DNA of 59,652 nucleotides, counting the filler. It is 4 parts of 4 records of this genome, joined end to end, with 100 filler letters (N's around TTAATTAATTAA, not from the genome) between each part and the next. Parts side by side here need not be neighbours in the genome. Positions count along the whole stretch, not along the records: positions 1 to 23,488 come from SRR31147125_5216; 3 more parts are not named here. One strand, given 5' to 3'. Position numbers and translations under genes: made by a program. Of this stretch, positions 1 to 9,975 are shown piece after piece. Within the stretch, counting starts at the first letter, position 1. The number at the start of each line of letters is the position of its first letter. Under the pieces are notes generated by a model that was not told the origin of the DNA, did no database searches, and saw only the letters and a list, made by a program, of their open reading frames with translations.

Positions 1-386
1 GTAAGTATAACCCACATAAAGAAACTAAAATCGATTTTTTCGTTACATCCTTCTGCCATCGATTCTCTTTTTTTATTGCGATATTTAATTCTTCTTTTTA
101 TGACTTGATATAAACAATAAAACCGATTCATTTTGAAAATAAAAATTTGATCAGCTTCATGATATCTATTTTTACAAAGGCGTCTATAATTGCCTTCTAA
201 AATCCAATTTTCTTGATGCATGAAAGCACGCATATCCGCTTCCATATCTCTATCATCTCTTTCAACCCAACCCGCTTGAAAATGAACAGTATCAAGATAA
301 AGTACTGGTATTTGATAGATATTTTTTAATCGATTAGCGAAAGTAGATTTACCCGCTCCTGAATAACCTAAAATGACAATCTTCAT
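1..386 (-). CDS. P-loop kinase, FlaR/topology-modulation (adenylate kinase-like) family; 3' end runs off the window
   Basis: Read by hand on the minus strand: MKIVILGYSGAGKSTFANRLKNIYQIPVLYLDTVHFQAGW...WILEGNY. Walker A GxxGxGKS present; GAGGT RBS upstream. Confidence 0.8.
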   Translation of the reverse strand, partial: MKIVILGYSGAGKSTFANRLKNIYQIPVLYLDTVHFQAGWVERDDRDMEADMRAFMHQENWILEGNYRRLCKNRYHEADQIFIFKMNRFYCLYQVIKRRIKYRNKKRESMAEGCNEKIDFSFFMWVIL

Positions 387-428
387 TTCACATTTACCTC
401 ATCTTTTTCATACACTTTATTATAACAT

Positions 429-452
429 AAAAAAAGGAACCCAAAGGGTTCC
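429..452 (-). terminator. Intrinsic terminator after rpsI
   Basis: GGAACCC-N3-GGGTTCC perfect stem followed by a U-tract on the minus strand. Confidence 0.85.
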
Positions 453-458
453 ATAAAA

Positions 459-857
459 TTAACGTTTTGAGAATTGAGAAGATTTTCTGGCTTTTTTCAA
501 ACCATATTTCTTACGTTCTTTACTACGTGGGTCACGTGTAATTAAACCTGCTGGTTTTAATACACTTCTTAAATCAGGATTGATTTCAAGTAATGCACGT
601 GTAATACCTAAACGGATTGCACCAGCTTGACCTGTAATACCACCGCCATTAACATTTACAGAGATATCATATTTACCTTCTGATTCAGTTAAAGCTAAAG
701 GTTGTAAAACGTCTAAACGTGTAGCAGCTGATGGGATGTATTCTTCAAATGTACGACCATTAATTAAAAATTCGCCTTTACCATTTGTTAAGATTACTCT
801 AGCAACTGAACTTTTTCTACGTCCAGTACCGAAAAATTGTGCTTTTTGATTTGCCAT
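459..857 (-). CDS. rpsI: 30S ribosomal protein S9
   Basis: [27 protein letters not shown] and C-terminal [19 protein letters not shown]. Confidence 0.99.
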   Translation of the reverse strand: MANQKAQFFGTGRRKSSVARVILTNGKGEFLINGRTFEEYIPSAATRLDVLQPLALTESEGKYDISVNVNGGGITGQAGAIRLGITRALLEINPDLRSVLKPAGLITRDPRSKERKKYGLKKARKSSQFSKR

Positions 858-861
858 TTAA

Positions 862-1290
862 TTATACCTCCAATGTTTCTGGTTGTTGTGCTGAATGTTT
901 GTGTTCAGGACCTTCATAAACGAAAAGTTTTTTCGCCATTTTAGAACCTAATTTAGTATGTGGTAACATACCAACAATCGCTTTTTCAACCATTCTAGTT
1001 GGAAATTTTTTCATAACTTCTTTAGCAGGAGTAGCTGTTAGCCCTCCATTATAACCTGAGTGGCTATAATATTGTTTTTGATCCCATTTCTTACCAGTTA
1101 ATTTAATTTTTTCTGCGTTAATAACGACAACATAGTCACCACAGTCTACATGAGGAGTGTAGCTCGGTTTATGTTTTCCTCTTAATACGGAAGCAACTTC
1201 AGTCGCTAAGCGACCTAATGTTTTACCATCCGCATCGACAACAAACCATTTACGCGTAATTGTTTGTTCGTTTGCCATGAATGTTTTCAT
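862..1290 (-). CDS. rplM: 50S ribosomal protein L13
   Basis: RKWFVVDA...LGRLA...[24 protein letters not shown]; directly upstream of rpsI. Confidence 0.99.
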   Translation of the reverse strand: MKTFMANEQTITRKWFVVDADGKTLGRLATEVASVLRGKHKPSYTPHVDCGDYVVVINAEKIKLTGKKWDQKQYYSHSGYNGGLTATPAKEVMKKFPTRMVEKAIVGMLPHTKLGSKMAKKLFVYEGPEHKHSAQQPETLEV

Positions 1291-1317
1291 TGTTTAAATC
1301 TCCTTATATATGATTTT

Positions 1318-1356
1318 TCAAAATAAGGGCTTTAAGTGGATAAATCTTATTTTATA
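1318..1356 (-). promoter_or_regulatory. Putative L13 ribosomal-protein leader hairpin
   Basis: Minus strand AAAATAAG-atttatCCACttaaAGCC-CTTATTTT stem in the rplM 5' UTR. The CCAC...AGCCC core resembles the Bacillota L13 leader as I recall it. Confidence 0.45.
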
Positions 1357-1368
1357 TGTACCTATGTC

Positions 1369-1397
1369 ATATTACTATATTACAAAGTAATTGTCAA
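1369..1397 (-). promoter_or_regulatory. Sigma70/SigA promoter of rplM-rpsI
   Basis: TTGACA (1397-1392), 17-bp spacer, TAATAT (1374-1369). Confidence 0.7.
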
Positions 1398-1423
1398 CTC
1401 TTTTATTGATTATTAGACTATTT

Positions 1424-1924
1424 TTAAGTACTTGCAATATATACCCGCTCATCCCACTGTACAATCACTTTTTCATTATAACTTGTTGGAATGTTTTTTC
1501 CAATATAATCTGCGCGAATTGGAAGTTCTCGATGTCCTCGATCAATGAGAATCGCAAGTTGTACTTTTGAAGGTCTTCCAAGGTCAGTAATGGCGTCCAT
1601 AGCCGCTCTAACTGATCTTCCCGTAAATAAAACATCATCAACGATAATTACATTTTTATCTTGAAGATCTATATCCAATGTGTTCAATTTTTCTTGTTGC
1701 TTTTTATCATCATCACGATGACTAGCAATACTTAAAGCATAGCAAGGAACATCCACATCTGCAAATCGTTTAAGATTCTCTACTAATCGTTTTGCGATAG
1801 GAACACCTTTTTGTTCAATACCAACGATCACTAAATCTTCTAAATGTGCATTGCGTTCTATGATTTCATGTGTCATTCTTTTTATTGTTCTTGAAATTTG
1901 TATTTGATCCATTATCTCTTTCAT
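1424..1924 (-). CDS. pyrR: Bifunctional pyr operon attenuation regulator / uracil phosphoribosyltransferase
   Basis: RMTHEIIERN, RDD, IIVDDVLFTGRSVRAAMDA, LIDRGHRELPIRADYIGKN. Confidence 0.97.
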   Translation of the reverse strand: MKEIMDQIQISRTIKRMTHEIIERNAHLEDLVIVGIEQKGVPIAKRLVENLKRFADVDVPCYALSIASHRDDDKKQQEKLNTLDIDLQDKNVIIVDDVLFTGRSVRAAMDAITDLGRPSKVQLAILIDRGHRELPIRADYIGKNIPTSYNEKVIVQWDERVYIAST

Positions 1925-1967
1925 CTATATCACCACATCTATTATACAATAATTATTTTTTTTACGA

Positions 1968-1995
1968 TTGCAATTTCAAAAATTCATGATATACT
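1968..1995 (+). promoter_or_regulatory. SigA promoter of the uracil permease
   Basis: TTGCAA, 16-bp spacer, TGa-TATACT extended -10. Confidence 0.6.
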
Positions 1996-2006
1996 TGTAG
2001 CAATGA

Positions 2007-2095
2007 AGGTCCTTTAAAGTAAGCCCGTGAGCTCACCAAGGTATCAATTTTCCACATACCAGAAAACTAAGGACATCTTTAGATGCCCTTTTTTT
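2007..2095 (+). promoter_or_regulatory. PyrR-binding attenuator leader
   Basis: CCTTTAA...AGCCCGTGAGCT...AAGG resembles the PyrR binding loop (ARUCCNGNGAGGYU). It is followed by a terminator hairpin AAGGACATCT/AGATGCCCTT plus U-tract (2069-2095), upstream of a uracil permease and next to pyrR. Confidence 0.8.
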
Positions 2096-2131
2096 AAGGC
2101 CTTTCAAATAAAATATAAGGAGATATTTTTT

Positions 2132-3391
2132 ATGGAAGAACAAAGACTTATTGTCGGCATCCAAGAGAAACCATCATCAGTTGGTCGTTGGATCATTTTA
2201 AGTTTGCAACATGTGTTTGCAATGTTTGGAGCAACAGTTTTAGTACCACTTTTAACAGGTTTAGATGTAGGGGTAGCATTAGTCGCAAGTGGTATTGGTA
2301 CACTCATTTATATCGCATGCACTAAAGGAAAAGTTCCTGTTTATTTAGGCAGTAGTTTTGCATACATCTCAACTATTTCTTTAGCTGTCGCAAACACCGG
2401 TGGATTTGAAAGTGCCTTTATCGGCTTAATGATTGTAGGTATTATTTATATGGTTATTGCTGCAATCATCTATTTTGCAGGTAGTGCTTGGATTAAAAAG
2501 TTACTCCCACCTGTCGTTATTGGTCCAATGATCATTATTATTGGGATGACACTTGCACCTGTCGCAGTTTCAAACATTGGTTTAAATGGTAGTGGTGCTT
2601 GGAAAGAACCACTGGTTGCATTTATTACTTTCTTTGCTGTAATTATATTTTCTATGCTCGGTAAAGGTTTTATTAAAATCGTACCTTTCTTACTAGCTAT
2701 TTTAGTGGGTTACGTTTCATCAATGATATTTGGTATTGTAGATTACTCAATATTTGAAGGTATTAAATTTTTCCAAATCCCGAATTTCAGTGTGATAGGT
2801 TTTAATAGTTATAACTGGGACTTTTCTCAAGTCTTAGTATTTGCACCACTCGCATTTGTCACAATTGCAGAACATATCGGAGATCATGTTGTGTTAGGCG
2901 AAGTTACTCAAAAAGATTTTATGAGTGAACCCGGTCTACATAAAACATTATTAGGTGATGGACTTGCAACATTTGTATCAGGTGCCATCGGTGGACCTGC
3001 AAATACAACTTATGGTGAAAATACAGGAGTTGTTGCTATTTCTAAAGTAGGTTCCGTCTATGTCATTGGACTTGCAGCTATATTTGCGATTTGTTTAGGA
3101 TTCTTCGGATACATCCAAGCATTTATTTCAAGTATCCCTTGGGCAGTCATTGGTGGTATGACCATTATTTTATATGGACTAATCGCATCCAATGGTGTTA
3201 AAGTACTGATAAAAGATAAAACTGATCTAGGTAAAATGAAAAACTTAATTGTTGTGTCTACCATGCTCGTACTTGGTTTAGGTGGTGCAACGATTCAAAT
3301 CACTTCATCTGCTTCACTTAGTGGCATGAGTCTTGCAGCGATTGTTGGTATTGTTTTAAATCAATTATTATCTTATCTAGATACAAAATAA
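2132..3391 (+). CDS. uraA: Uracil/xanthine (NCS2) permease
   Basis: SLQHVFAMFGATVLVP, YLGSSFA, NTTYGENTGV NAT motif. Start moved to ATG 2132 behind an AAGGAG RBS. Confidence 0.95.
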   Translation: MEEQRLIVGIQEKPSSVGRWIILSLQHVFAMFGATVLVPLLTGLDVGVALVASGIGTLIYIACTKGKVPVYLGSSFAYISTISLAVANTGGFESAFIGLMIVGIIYMVIAAIIYFAGSAWIKKLLPPVVIGPMIIIIGMTLAPVAVSNIGLNGSGAWKEPLVAFITFFAVIIFSMLGKGFIKIVPFLLAILVGYVSSMIFGIVDYSIFEGIKFFQIPNFSVIGFNSYNWDFSQVLVFAPLAFVTIAEHIGDHVVLGEVTQKDFMSEPGLHKTLLGDGLATFVSGAIGGPANTTYGENTGVVAISKVGSVYVIGLAAIFAICLGFFGYIQAFISSIPWAVIGGMTIILYGLIASNGVKVLIKDKTDLGKMKNLIVVSTMLVLGLGGATIQITSSASLSGMSLAAIVGIVLNQLLSYLDTK

Positions 3392-3406
3392 ATCTATCTG
3401 AGATAC

Positions 3407-3442
3407 AAAAGTACACATCATTTAAATGACGTGTACTTTTTT
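3407..3442. terminator. Bidirectional terminator between convergent uraA and asnB
   Basis: AAAAGTACAC-atca-tttaaa-tgac-GTGTACTTTTT inverted repeat with A/T tails. Confidence 0.8.
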
Positions 3443-5004
3443 TATTGACCAGATTTGCCATAGTTTTTTAAATATCTTGCACTTGGATCATTGACATCAC
3501 AACCTTCCCACGTTTGGTTCGGCATCCAATATGCAGGTATTAAATGTCCTTGATTTGGATAGAATCTTTCAAATATCTCACGATATAACAATGCTTCTTT
3601 TGAAAGCGGTGTGGGTTTATATTGTTTTTTTATAGATTCAAATGCTTCATCTGTATATTGTTGATTTGCATATGCTTTTAAAATATCAACCATAGAATGT
3701 CCAACAGCATCACTAAATGCTGCTTTTTGCCTGTAGAGGATATCATGTGGCACATAGTCTTTATCAAATGCTTTGCGCAATAAATATTTTCCCATGTCAT
3801 AACTGTTCATTTTTTTACGTGGATCTAGTTTCATCACATAACTTGCAAAATCAATATCACCAAATGGTACTCTTGCTTCAAGTGCATGTGCAGCAAGACA
3901 TCTATCTGCTCTAAGTACATCATATAGATATAATTCTTTTAATCTTTTTTCTGCATCTTCTTGAAAAGCTTCAGGTGATGGTGCAAAGTCTGTGTATTTA
4001 TATCCAAATAATTCATCACTTACCTCACCAGTTAATAATACTTTAATATCAGTGTTTTCATGAATGTATTTACTGACTAAATACATACCGATAGATGCTC
4101 TTACTGTTGTGATATCATATGACTCAAGTGCATATATCACTTCATCAAGTACATCTAATACATCTGTTTTGGTCATATGCACTTCATGGTGTATAGTGCC
4201 TAGATAATCAGCGACTTGTTTTGCATATTTTAAATCTATCGGGTCTGTATCCATCCCTATGCTAAATGTATGCATAGGTTTTTTCATATGCCTTTTCGCA
4301 ATCGCGCATACCAATGATGAATCAAGACCACCTGATAGTAAAAATCCAATTGGAGCATCACTTTGTAATCTTTTGATAACTCCTTGATTAAGCCTTTTTT
4401 CAATTTCTTGATAAATGACTTCATGTGTATCATAAAGATGTTTTTTAGGCGTTAATATATGACTGTAGCCTATAAAATCACCATCTATATAATAATGTCC
4501 TGGTGGAAATGGATAAACTTTATCCACAACATCGATCATTGCTTTTGCTTCTGATGCAAAAATAATTTTTTGATCATTTTTTAAATAGCCATAGAAAAGT
4601 GGGCGTATGCCAATTGGATCTCTTGCAGCAATCCACGCATTGCTTCTCTTATCATAAATCACACATGCAAATTCAGCATCTAATAAATCAAACATTGCCA
4701 CGCCAAATTTTTTATATAGTGGCAACAACACTTCACAATCCGATGTCGATTGATAGGTATAATCAACATGTGTCTTTAAATGCTTTTGATTATAGATTTC
4801 TGCATTTGCAGATACAATCACTTCATCATCATAAAAAGGTTGCATCCCTGATGGATGTAAGTCAACAATCGCTAAACGATTAAAATAAAATTGATAATCT
4901 TTCCCAACTAACTTATCCATTTGATCAGGACCACGTTTTATGATTTTTTTCGCTTCTTGATCAAAAGATTTACTGATACTACTTGTTACTAATATACCGC
5001 ACAT
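3442..5004 (-). CDS. asnB: Asparagine synthase B (glutamine-hydrolysing)
   Basis: N-terminal nucleophile MCG (ATG 5004), RGPD, RLAIVD, RDPIGIRPL, LSGGLDSS, GEVSDELFGY, EARVPF. Confidence 0.95.
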   Translation of the reverse strand: MCGILVTSSISKSFDQEAKKIIKRGPDQMDKLVGKDYQFYFNRLAIVDLHPSGMQPFYDDEVIVSANAEIYNQKHLKTHVDYTYQSTSDCEVLLPLYKKFGVAMFDLLDAEFACVIYDKRSNAWIAARDPIGIRPLFYGYLKNDQKIIFASEAKAMIDVVDKVYPFPPGHYYIDGDFIGYSHILTPKKHLYDTHEVIYQEIEKRLNQGVIKRLQSDAPIGFLLSGGLDSSLVCAIAKRHMKKPMHTFSIGMDTDPIDLKYAKQVADYLGTIHHEVHMTKTDVLDVLDEVIYALESYDITTVRASIGMYLVSKYIHENTDIKVLLTGEVSDELFGYKYTDFAPSPEAFQEDAEKRLKELYLYDVLRADRCLAAHALEARVPFGDIDFASYVMKLDPRKKMNSYDMGKYLLRKAFDKDYVPHDILYRQKAAFSDAVGHSMVDILKAYANQQYTDEAFESIKKQYKPTPLSKEALLYREIFERFYPNQGHLIPAYWMPNQTWEGCDVNDPSARYLKNYGKSGQ

Positions 5005-5034
5005 ATTCATCATTTCCTTTCGTTTTTTGATAAA

Positions 5035-5292
5035 CAAAAAAGAGCTTCATCCTACAAAAGGGACGAATGCTCTTATATATCCGCGGTACCACCCATTTTA
5101 TCAATTCATTAAAATTGATCACTTTTAAAGTTCAAACAAACTTCAATCTCTATAACGGGAGAACCCGGCTTAACCTACTATCATTTCGATAAGCACTCCT
5201 TGGGGTTATTCAATAAATCGATTATGTAGATTCTCACCATCCATCTACTCTCTTAAATAATCACTATTTATTTACTGGTCCAAATCATTGTT
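5035..5292 (-). promoter_or_regulatory. T-box riboswitch with Asn (AAC) specifier
   Basis: T-box GGGTGGTACCGCGG (5094-5081). Stem I has AGTA, AGAGAG and GGTGAGA motifs, and GAA-T-AAC places the specifier at 5207-5205. Downstream terminator GAGC...GCTC plus U-tract. Confidence 0.92.
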
Positions 5293-5336
5293 TGAAAAGA
5301 TTTTATCATAAGTAATCATTGATTGCAATACTATTT

Positions 5337-6719
5337 TCAATTCTCTATAAGACGATACATTGAATCAATATATTGACCAATATTAAATTTACGTTTTAAT
5401 CCACTTTCATTCATGTAACGTAATTGTCCAAAAACATCTCTTTCTTTCCATGGACGATCATGATTACCAAAACACCAGGCGACACCTGCATAACTATTAG
5501 CATCTCTACCATCGATAAAATACTTATTATTTAAAAATAATATTGTTTCATAAGCCGACTTATATGTCGGAGACCATTCTATAATCTTTTTTGCCCAATA
5601 CATACGCATATAATTATGCATATATCCTGTTTTTACCATTTCAATCATGGCAGCATTAAATGATAAGTCATGTGTTTTAAAAGTTTCATAATCTTTAATG
5701 TCATAATGATATGGTCTTTCATCAAAACGGTGTTTTTCCATGGTTTTATATGCCCAATTTTGTGTCACAAATTCAAATTGATCATAGTTTTTTGTATAAT
5801 AAACAAAATTAAACGCTAATTCTCGTCGAACGATCAATTGTTCAATAAATGCATCAACACTTGCCTGACTCACTGCTTTTTGAATGACTGCAAATTCCAA
5901 TCTTTCTAGTAAATCTTGAGGACTAATTTGTCCAAAATGTAAATACATACTCATATGAGACAGTTTAGGATCACTTGGATCATTTCTGTCTACATAATCG
6001 TTTAAATCTTGATATATAAATGTTGTAAACAATCTTGATGCTTGAATATATCCGCCACGAAAATAAGTTGATGCTTTTACGCTTTGATCAACCTCAAGTT
6101 TCATAAGCAATTGTTCCAAATCTTCTAAGTCATCATCAGATGTAAAATCAATATGTGTTTTATTGATTATAACCGGTAATCTTGATTGATCTCTAAATGA
6201 CTGAAATTTTTTCATAATCTTAGGTCTAATCGTATAAGCACCATATTCGCGTTTATCACTTGCTAGACTCACCGGTATCAAAAGGTCTGAATCCACCATT
6301 TCTATACTTAAATTAAGTTGTCGTTTAATTGCTTCTTCTAAAACATAACTACGCCATTGTCTTTGATGGTTTAAGTACCCTTTATCCATCACAAGTGTAT
6401 GTGCATCCTGTAAATAATCAAAAATCACTTTATGCCCTTCACCAATTCTTAGAACAAAATTAATACCAAAATTTAACAACCATTTTTTAACATCTTGTAA
6501 CCCTTCTAACATAAACTGAAAACTTCTGACATTTGCTTCAGGATAATTGCCATAGAGCGCAAAATAAACCACTAACGGTAAATTATTTTTATTCGCAATT
6601 TCTGCAGCTAAATTAAGTGCATGATTCATATGAATTCTTTGTGATTGTTGCATCCAGTAAATCACATATTTTCCTGAACCAACGCCATCTTTTAGATGTT
6701 CGATTCTTTGTTTATTCAT
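5337..6719 (-). CDS. phrB: Class II CPD deoxyribodipyrimidine photolyase
   Basis: VIYWMQ, YGAYTIRPKI, SMYLHFGQIS, EQLIVRRELAFNF, GYMHNYMRMYWAKKIIEW, DGRDANSY. Confidence 0.93.
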   Translation of the reverse strand: MNKQRIEHLKDGVGSGKYVIYWMQQSQRIHMNHALNLAAEIANKNNLPLVVYFALYGNYPEANVRSFQFMLEGLQDVKKWLLNFGINFVLRIGEGHKVIFDYLQDAHTLVMDKGYLNHQRQWRSYVLEEAIKRQLNLSIEMVDSDLLIPVSLASDKREYGAYTIRPKIMKKFQSFRDQSRLPVIINKTHIDFTSDDDLEDLEQLLMKLEVDQSVKASTYFRGGYIQASRLFTTFIYQDLNDYVDRNDPSDPKLSHMSMYLHFGQISPQDLLERLEFAVIQKAVSQASVDAFIEQLIVRRELAFNFVYYTKNYDQFEFVTQNWAYKTMEKHRFDERPYHYDIKDYETFKTHDLSFNAAMIEMVKTGYMHNYMRMYWAKKIIEWSPTYKSAYETILFLNNKYFIDGRDANSYAGVAWCFGNHDRPWKERDVFGQLRYMNESGLKRKFNIGQYIDSMYRLIEN

Positions 6720-7942
6720 GATGATTTAATTGATGCTAATCGTTTTGATATTGAAGGGTGATTATAATATAGCTTTTCAAATAAAGGGTGGGGATTTAAA
6801 TTTGAAAAATTCTCTCTAGCAAGTACTTCTAAAGCTGTCATCATTGCTTCTTTAGAGACATGTTTTGCTCCAAATCTATCGGCACGATATTCTGCAATTC
6901 TTGAGACATAGTTAGAAGGTATGCTTAACAACATAGAGATTGGTTCTATTAATAGTGAAAATAAAATAATAGCAAATCCAAAATGAACCCCAGATAAACC
7001 AAAATCAGTATACAACTTACTTTGTGTCAATACAACGCCAATTAAACTTGCATAAATGAGAAAAGTTGCGATTTGCATACCTAACATTTTAAATGTATCT
7101 TTATTGAGCGCATGACTTAATTCATGTCCAAGGACAGCAACAATTTGATCTTCTTCCATTTTATCTATTAAAGTATCGTAGAGCACAATATCTCTATGTT
7201 TACCTAATCCACTAAAAAAAGCATTGAGTTTAGAAGAACGTCTAGATGCATCCATAACACTAATGTTATCAATTTCAAAACCTAGTGAACTTGCAAGTTC
7301 ATCAATTTTAGTTTTTAAAGACCCATCCTCAAGCGGTGTTAATTTGTTAAAAAGTTTAACAAATACTTTTGTGTTTAATAAAAACATTAAAATCATAACA
7401 AGTGTTAATGCCACCCAGGCACCTAATACAAATATCCATACATCATTTTGAAATTGATTAAAAAGTGCATGAAGTCCAAAAACAAGTGCTCCAAATAAAA
7501 TAACGACAAGTAGCAATTGTTTAAACTGATCAATAAAAAAAGTTTTTTTGCTTGATTGATTAAACCCATATTTTTCTTCAATTGCAAATGTTTGATAATA
7601 TGAAAAAGGTAGATCTAAAAGGGTTGCTACCATATAATAAACACCTAAAAACAACAGTGTTTGAAGATAAACATCAGATGTCCACTCACCAATCAAAGAT
7701 TCTACTGATCCGAACACTTGAAAAGCCAATAATAAAATAATCACTACAAAATCAAAAGTTTTTGTGATAAGTCCAAACTTTCTTTGATCTCGATAATAAG
7801 ATAACCATTTCTTATATGCATCCTCATCATAGATATGTTTAACATTTTCTGGTACACCTTTAATTGAATATTGATAATTTAAACGTGAAACAATAAATTT
7901 AAAAATAAACATTGCTGATATGATACTTAAAACTAAAACCAT
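6716..7942 (-). CDS. M48 family (Ste24/HtpX-like) membrane zinc metalloprotease
   Basis: Multiple TM segments, EEKYGFN, DASRRSSKLNAFFSG, HELSH zinc motif, EYRAD, HPS. Confidence 0.92.
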   Translation of the reverse strand: MVLVLSIISAMFIFKFIVSRLNYQYSIKGVPENVKHIYDEDAYKKWLSYYRDQRKFGLITKTFDFVVIILLLAFQVFGSVESLIGEWTSDVYLQTLLFLGVYYMVATLLDLPFSYYQTFAIEEKYGFNQSSKKTFFIDQFKQLLLVVILFGALVFGLHALFNQFQNDVWIFVLGAWVALTLVMILMFLLNTKVFVKLFNKLTPLEDGSLKTKIDELASSLGFEIDNISVMDASRRSSKLNAFFSGLGKHRDIVLYDTLIDKMEEDQIVAVLGHELSHALNKDTFKMLGMQIATFLIYASLIGVVLTQSKLYTDFGLSGVHFGFAIILFSLLIEPISMLLSIPSNYVSRIAEYRADRFGAKHVSKEAMMTALEVLARENFSNLNPHPLFEKLYYNHPSISKRLASIKSS

Positions 7943-8046
7943 ACAATCCCTCTTCTCATTGTTTTATTAAAATATATCATGATAGACTCATAATATCAAT
8001 CATAAAAAAGATATGCAGTGATCTACATATCTTTAGAATTAATTTA

Positions 8047-8991
8047 TTAAAACTCCATTTGATCTAATATATCTCTTAATACTTTGGCTGAATGATTTAA
8101 TTGCTTGCGCTCTTTATCATCTAATTTTAAATGGACTACATGATGAACACCATCAGCATTTAAAACTCCAGGAAGCCCAATATATAAATCTTTATCAATA
8201 TCATATATACCATCGTTATAAACCGAAACAGGAATAATTCTATTTTCATTATTAATAATTGCACGTGTAATACTTACCAAGGTCATCCCGATACCATAAT
8301 ATGTTGCACGTTTTCTTTTAATGATTTCATATGCTGCATTTTTAACATCACTATGTATATGCTCTAAATCAGAAAAATTAATTTCATCCATAGATTCAAT
8401 GACATCTTTTAAAGGTTTTGCTCCAATATATGCATTTGACCAACACACAAATTCAGTATCGCCATGTTCACCCATAATATATGCATGTATATTTTTAACA
8501 GATATATTGATTCTTTGTGCAATTTCAAATCTTAATCTTGCAGTATCTAGTGAAGTTCCACTACCAAAAACTTTTGATGATGGTAATCCTGATGCTTTCC
8601 AAGCGACATATGTTAGGATATCTACTGGATTAGATGCCACTAAAATAATACCTGAAAATCCACTTTTCATCACACTTGTAACAACAATTTTCATAATCGC
8701 AGCATTTCTGTTTAATAAATCAATGCGCGTTTCTCCATCTTTTTGACTAACGCCAGCAGTAATAACGACAATATCTGCATCCTTACAATCATCATAATTA
8801 CCAGCATAGATTTTCATTTTTCTTGGCGAAAAAGATAATCCATGATTTAAATCCATGGCTTCTCCTTCAGCTCTTTCTTTATTAATATCAATTAACACTA
8901 ACTCTTCAATCGTTCCTTGGTTAAGTAATGAATACGCATAACTCATGCCTACCATACCTGTACCAACAATGACAACTTTACTTTTTGGCAT
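8047..8991 (-). CDS. ldh: L-lactate dehydrogenase
   Basis: GTGMVG Rossmann, GEAMDLNHG, AGVSQKDGETR (Gln at the LDH specificity position), NPVDI, GEHGD. Confidence 0.93.
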   Translation of the reverse strand: MPKSKVVIVGTGMVGMSYAYSLLNQGTIEELVLIDINKERAEGEAMDLNHGLSFSPRKMKIYAGNYDDCKDADIVVITAGVSQKDGETRIDLLNRNAAIMKIVVTSVMKSGFSGIILVASNPVDILTYVAWKASGLPSSKVFGSGTSLDTARLRFEIAQRINISVKNIHAYIMGEHGDTEFVCWSNAYIGAKPLKDVIESMDEINFSDLEHIHSDVKNAAYEIIKRKRATYYGIGMTLVSITRAIINNENRIIPVSVYNDGIYDIDKDLYIGLPGVLNADGVHHVVHLKLDDKERKQLNHSAKVLRDILDQMEF

Positions 8992-9138
8992 CTTTATCAC
9001 CTCTTGATTCTATTTTACTGTTTTTTATAAAATTGTTAAAGGAATAACCATTAAATTATGTATCTTTTTTCATAATTACCATTTATCTTTAGGTTTTATC
9101 ACTTTTTTTGTAAAATATGTAGTAAAGGATGTGACTAT

Positions 9139-9897
9139 ATGTACCAACAAATAACTTTATTAGATCGACTTCGATTATATTATAAAAAATATCCAGTAAC
9201 ATTTATGATCATTAGTTTAAATACATTGATGCTGCTGGTTACCATGATGTATGTATTATTTATTTCAACAGATAACAGTACAATATTTAATTTTGATACC
9301 CCCACATTATATGCATTAGGTGGTATGCAGCCTTATGCAGTATCAAATTTTTATCAGTTTTACCGTCTGATTACCGCTATGTTTTTACATGGTAGCCTGA
9401 TTCATTTCTTAATGAATATGTACTTTTTAACCATTATCGGTAAATTCGTTGAACGCTTACTAGGAAAAAACAAATATATCTTATTATATATCTTGTCAGG
9501 ACTTGGCTCATCACTACTTGTATGGGTGATGGGATTAGTCATTACTGATGGTCTATATACCGTAACCATTGGTGCAAGCGGCTCGTTATTTGGATTGATG
9601 GGTGCTCTCTTTATTTTAACTTATAAGAAACCTCAATTATTTGGACCACTTGCAGTGCGTTCAATACGCACATTAGTTGCTATTAACTTAGTGATTACAT
9701 TTGTGATTAGTAGTATTAGCATCTATGGACATTTAGGTGGCTTTATCACTGGTATGTTACTGATCTATGTGTTATATCCTATGGATGGTCAAAAACAAAC
9801 CTATCAAAATCAACAAGATAGACATAATGCACATTATGGAAACATCATTATCGATAGTGATGATGTGACCGATGATGATATTTATTATACAAATTAA
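9139..9897 (+). CDS. Rhomboid intramembrane serine protease
   Basis: YRLITAMFLHG..HF..NM, GASG catalytic Ser, GHLGG. Confidence 0.93.
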   Translation: MYQQITLLDRLRLYYKKYPVTFMIISLNTLMLLVTMMYVLFISTDNSTIFNFDTPTLYALGGMQPYAVSNFYQFYRLITAMFLHGSLIHFLMNMYFLTIIGKFVERLLGKNKYILLYILSGLGSSLLVWVMGLVITDGLYTVTIGASGSLFGLMGALFILTYKKPQLFGPLAVRSIRTLVAINLVITFVISSISIYGHLGGFITGMLLIYVLYPMDGQKQTYQNQQDRHNAHYGNIIIDSDDVTDDDIYYTN

Positions 9898-9975
9898 GTG
9901 ATTTTTATTATTTAATCAATCATACTTTCTATAAAATCTGATTCTTATATAAGAACCAGTTTTTTTTATATACTT

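Noticed and set aside
2027..2131. 35-codon N-terminal extension of the uracil permease ORF
   Set aside because: It runs through the PyrR leader and terminator; the strong RBS sits before ATG 2132
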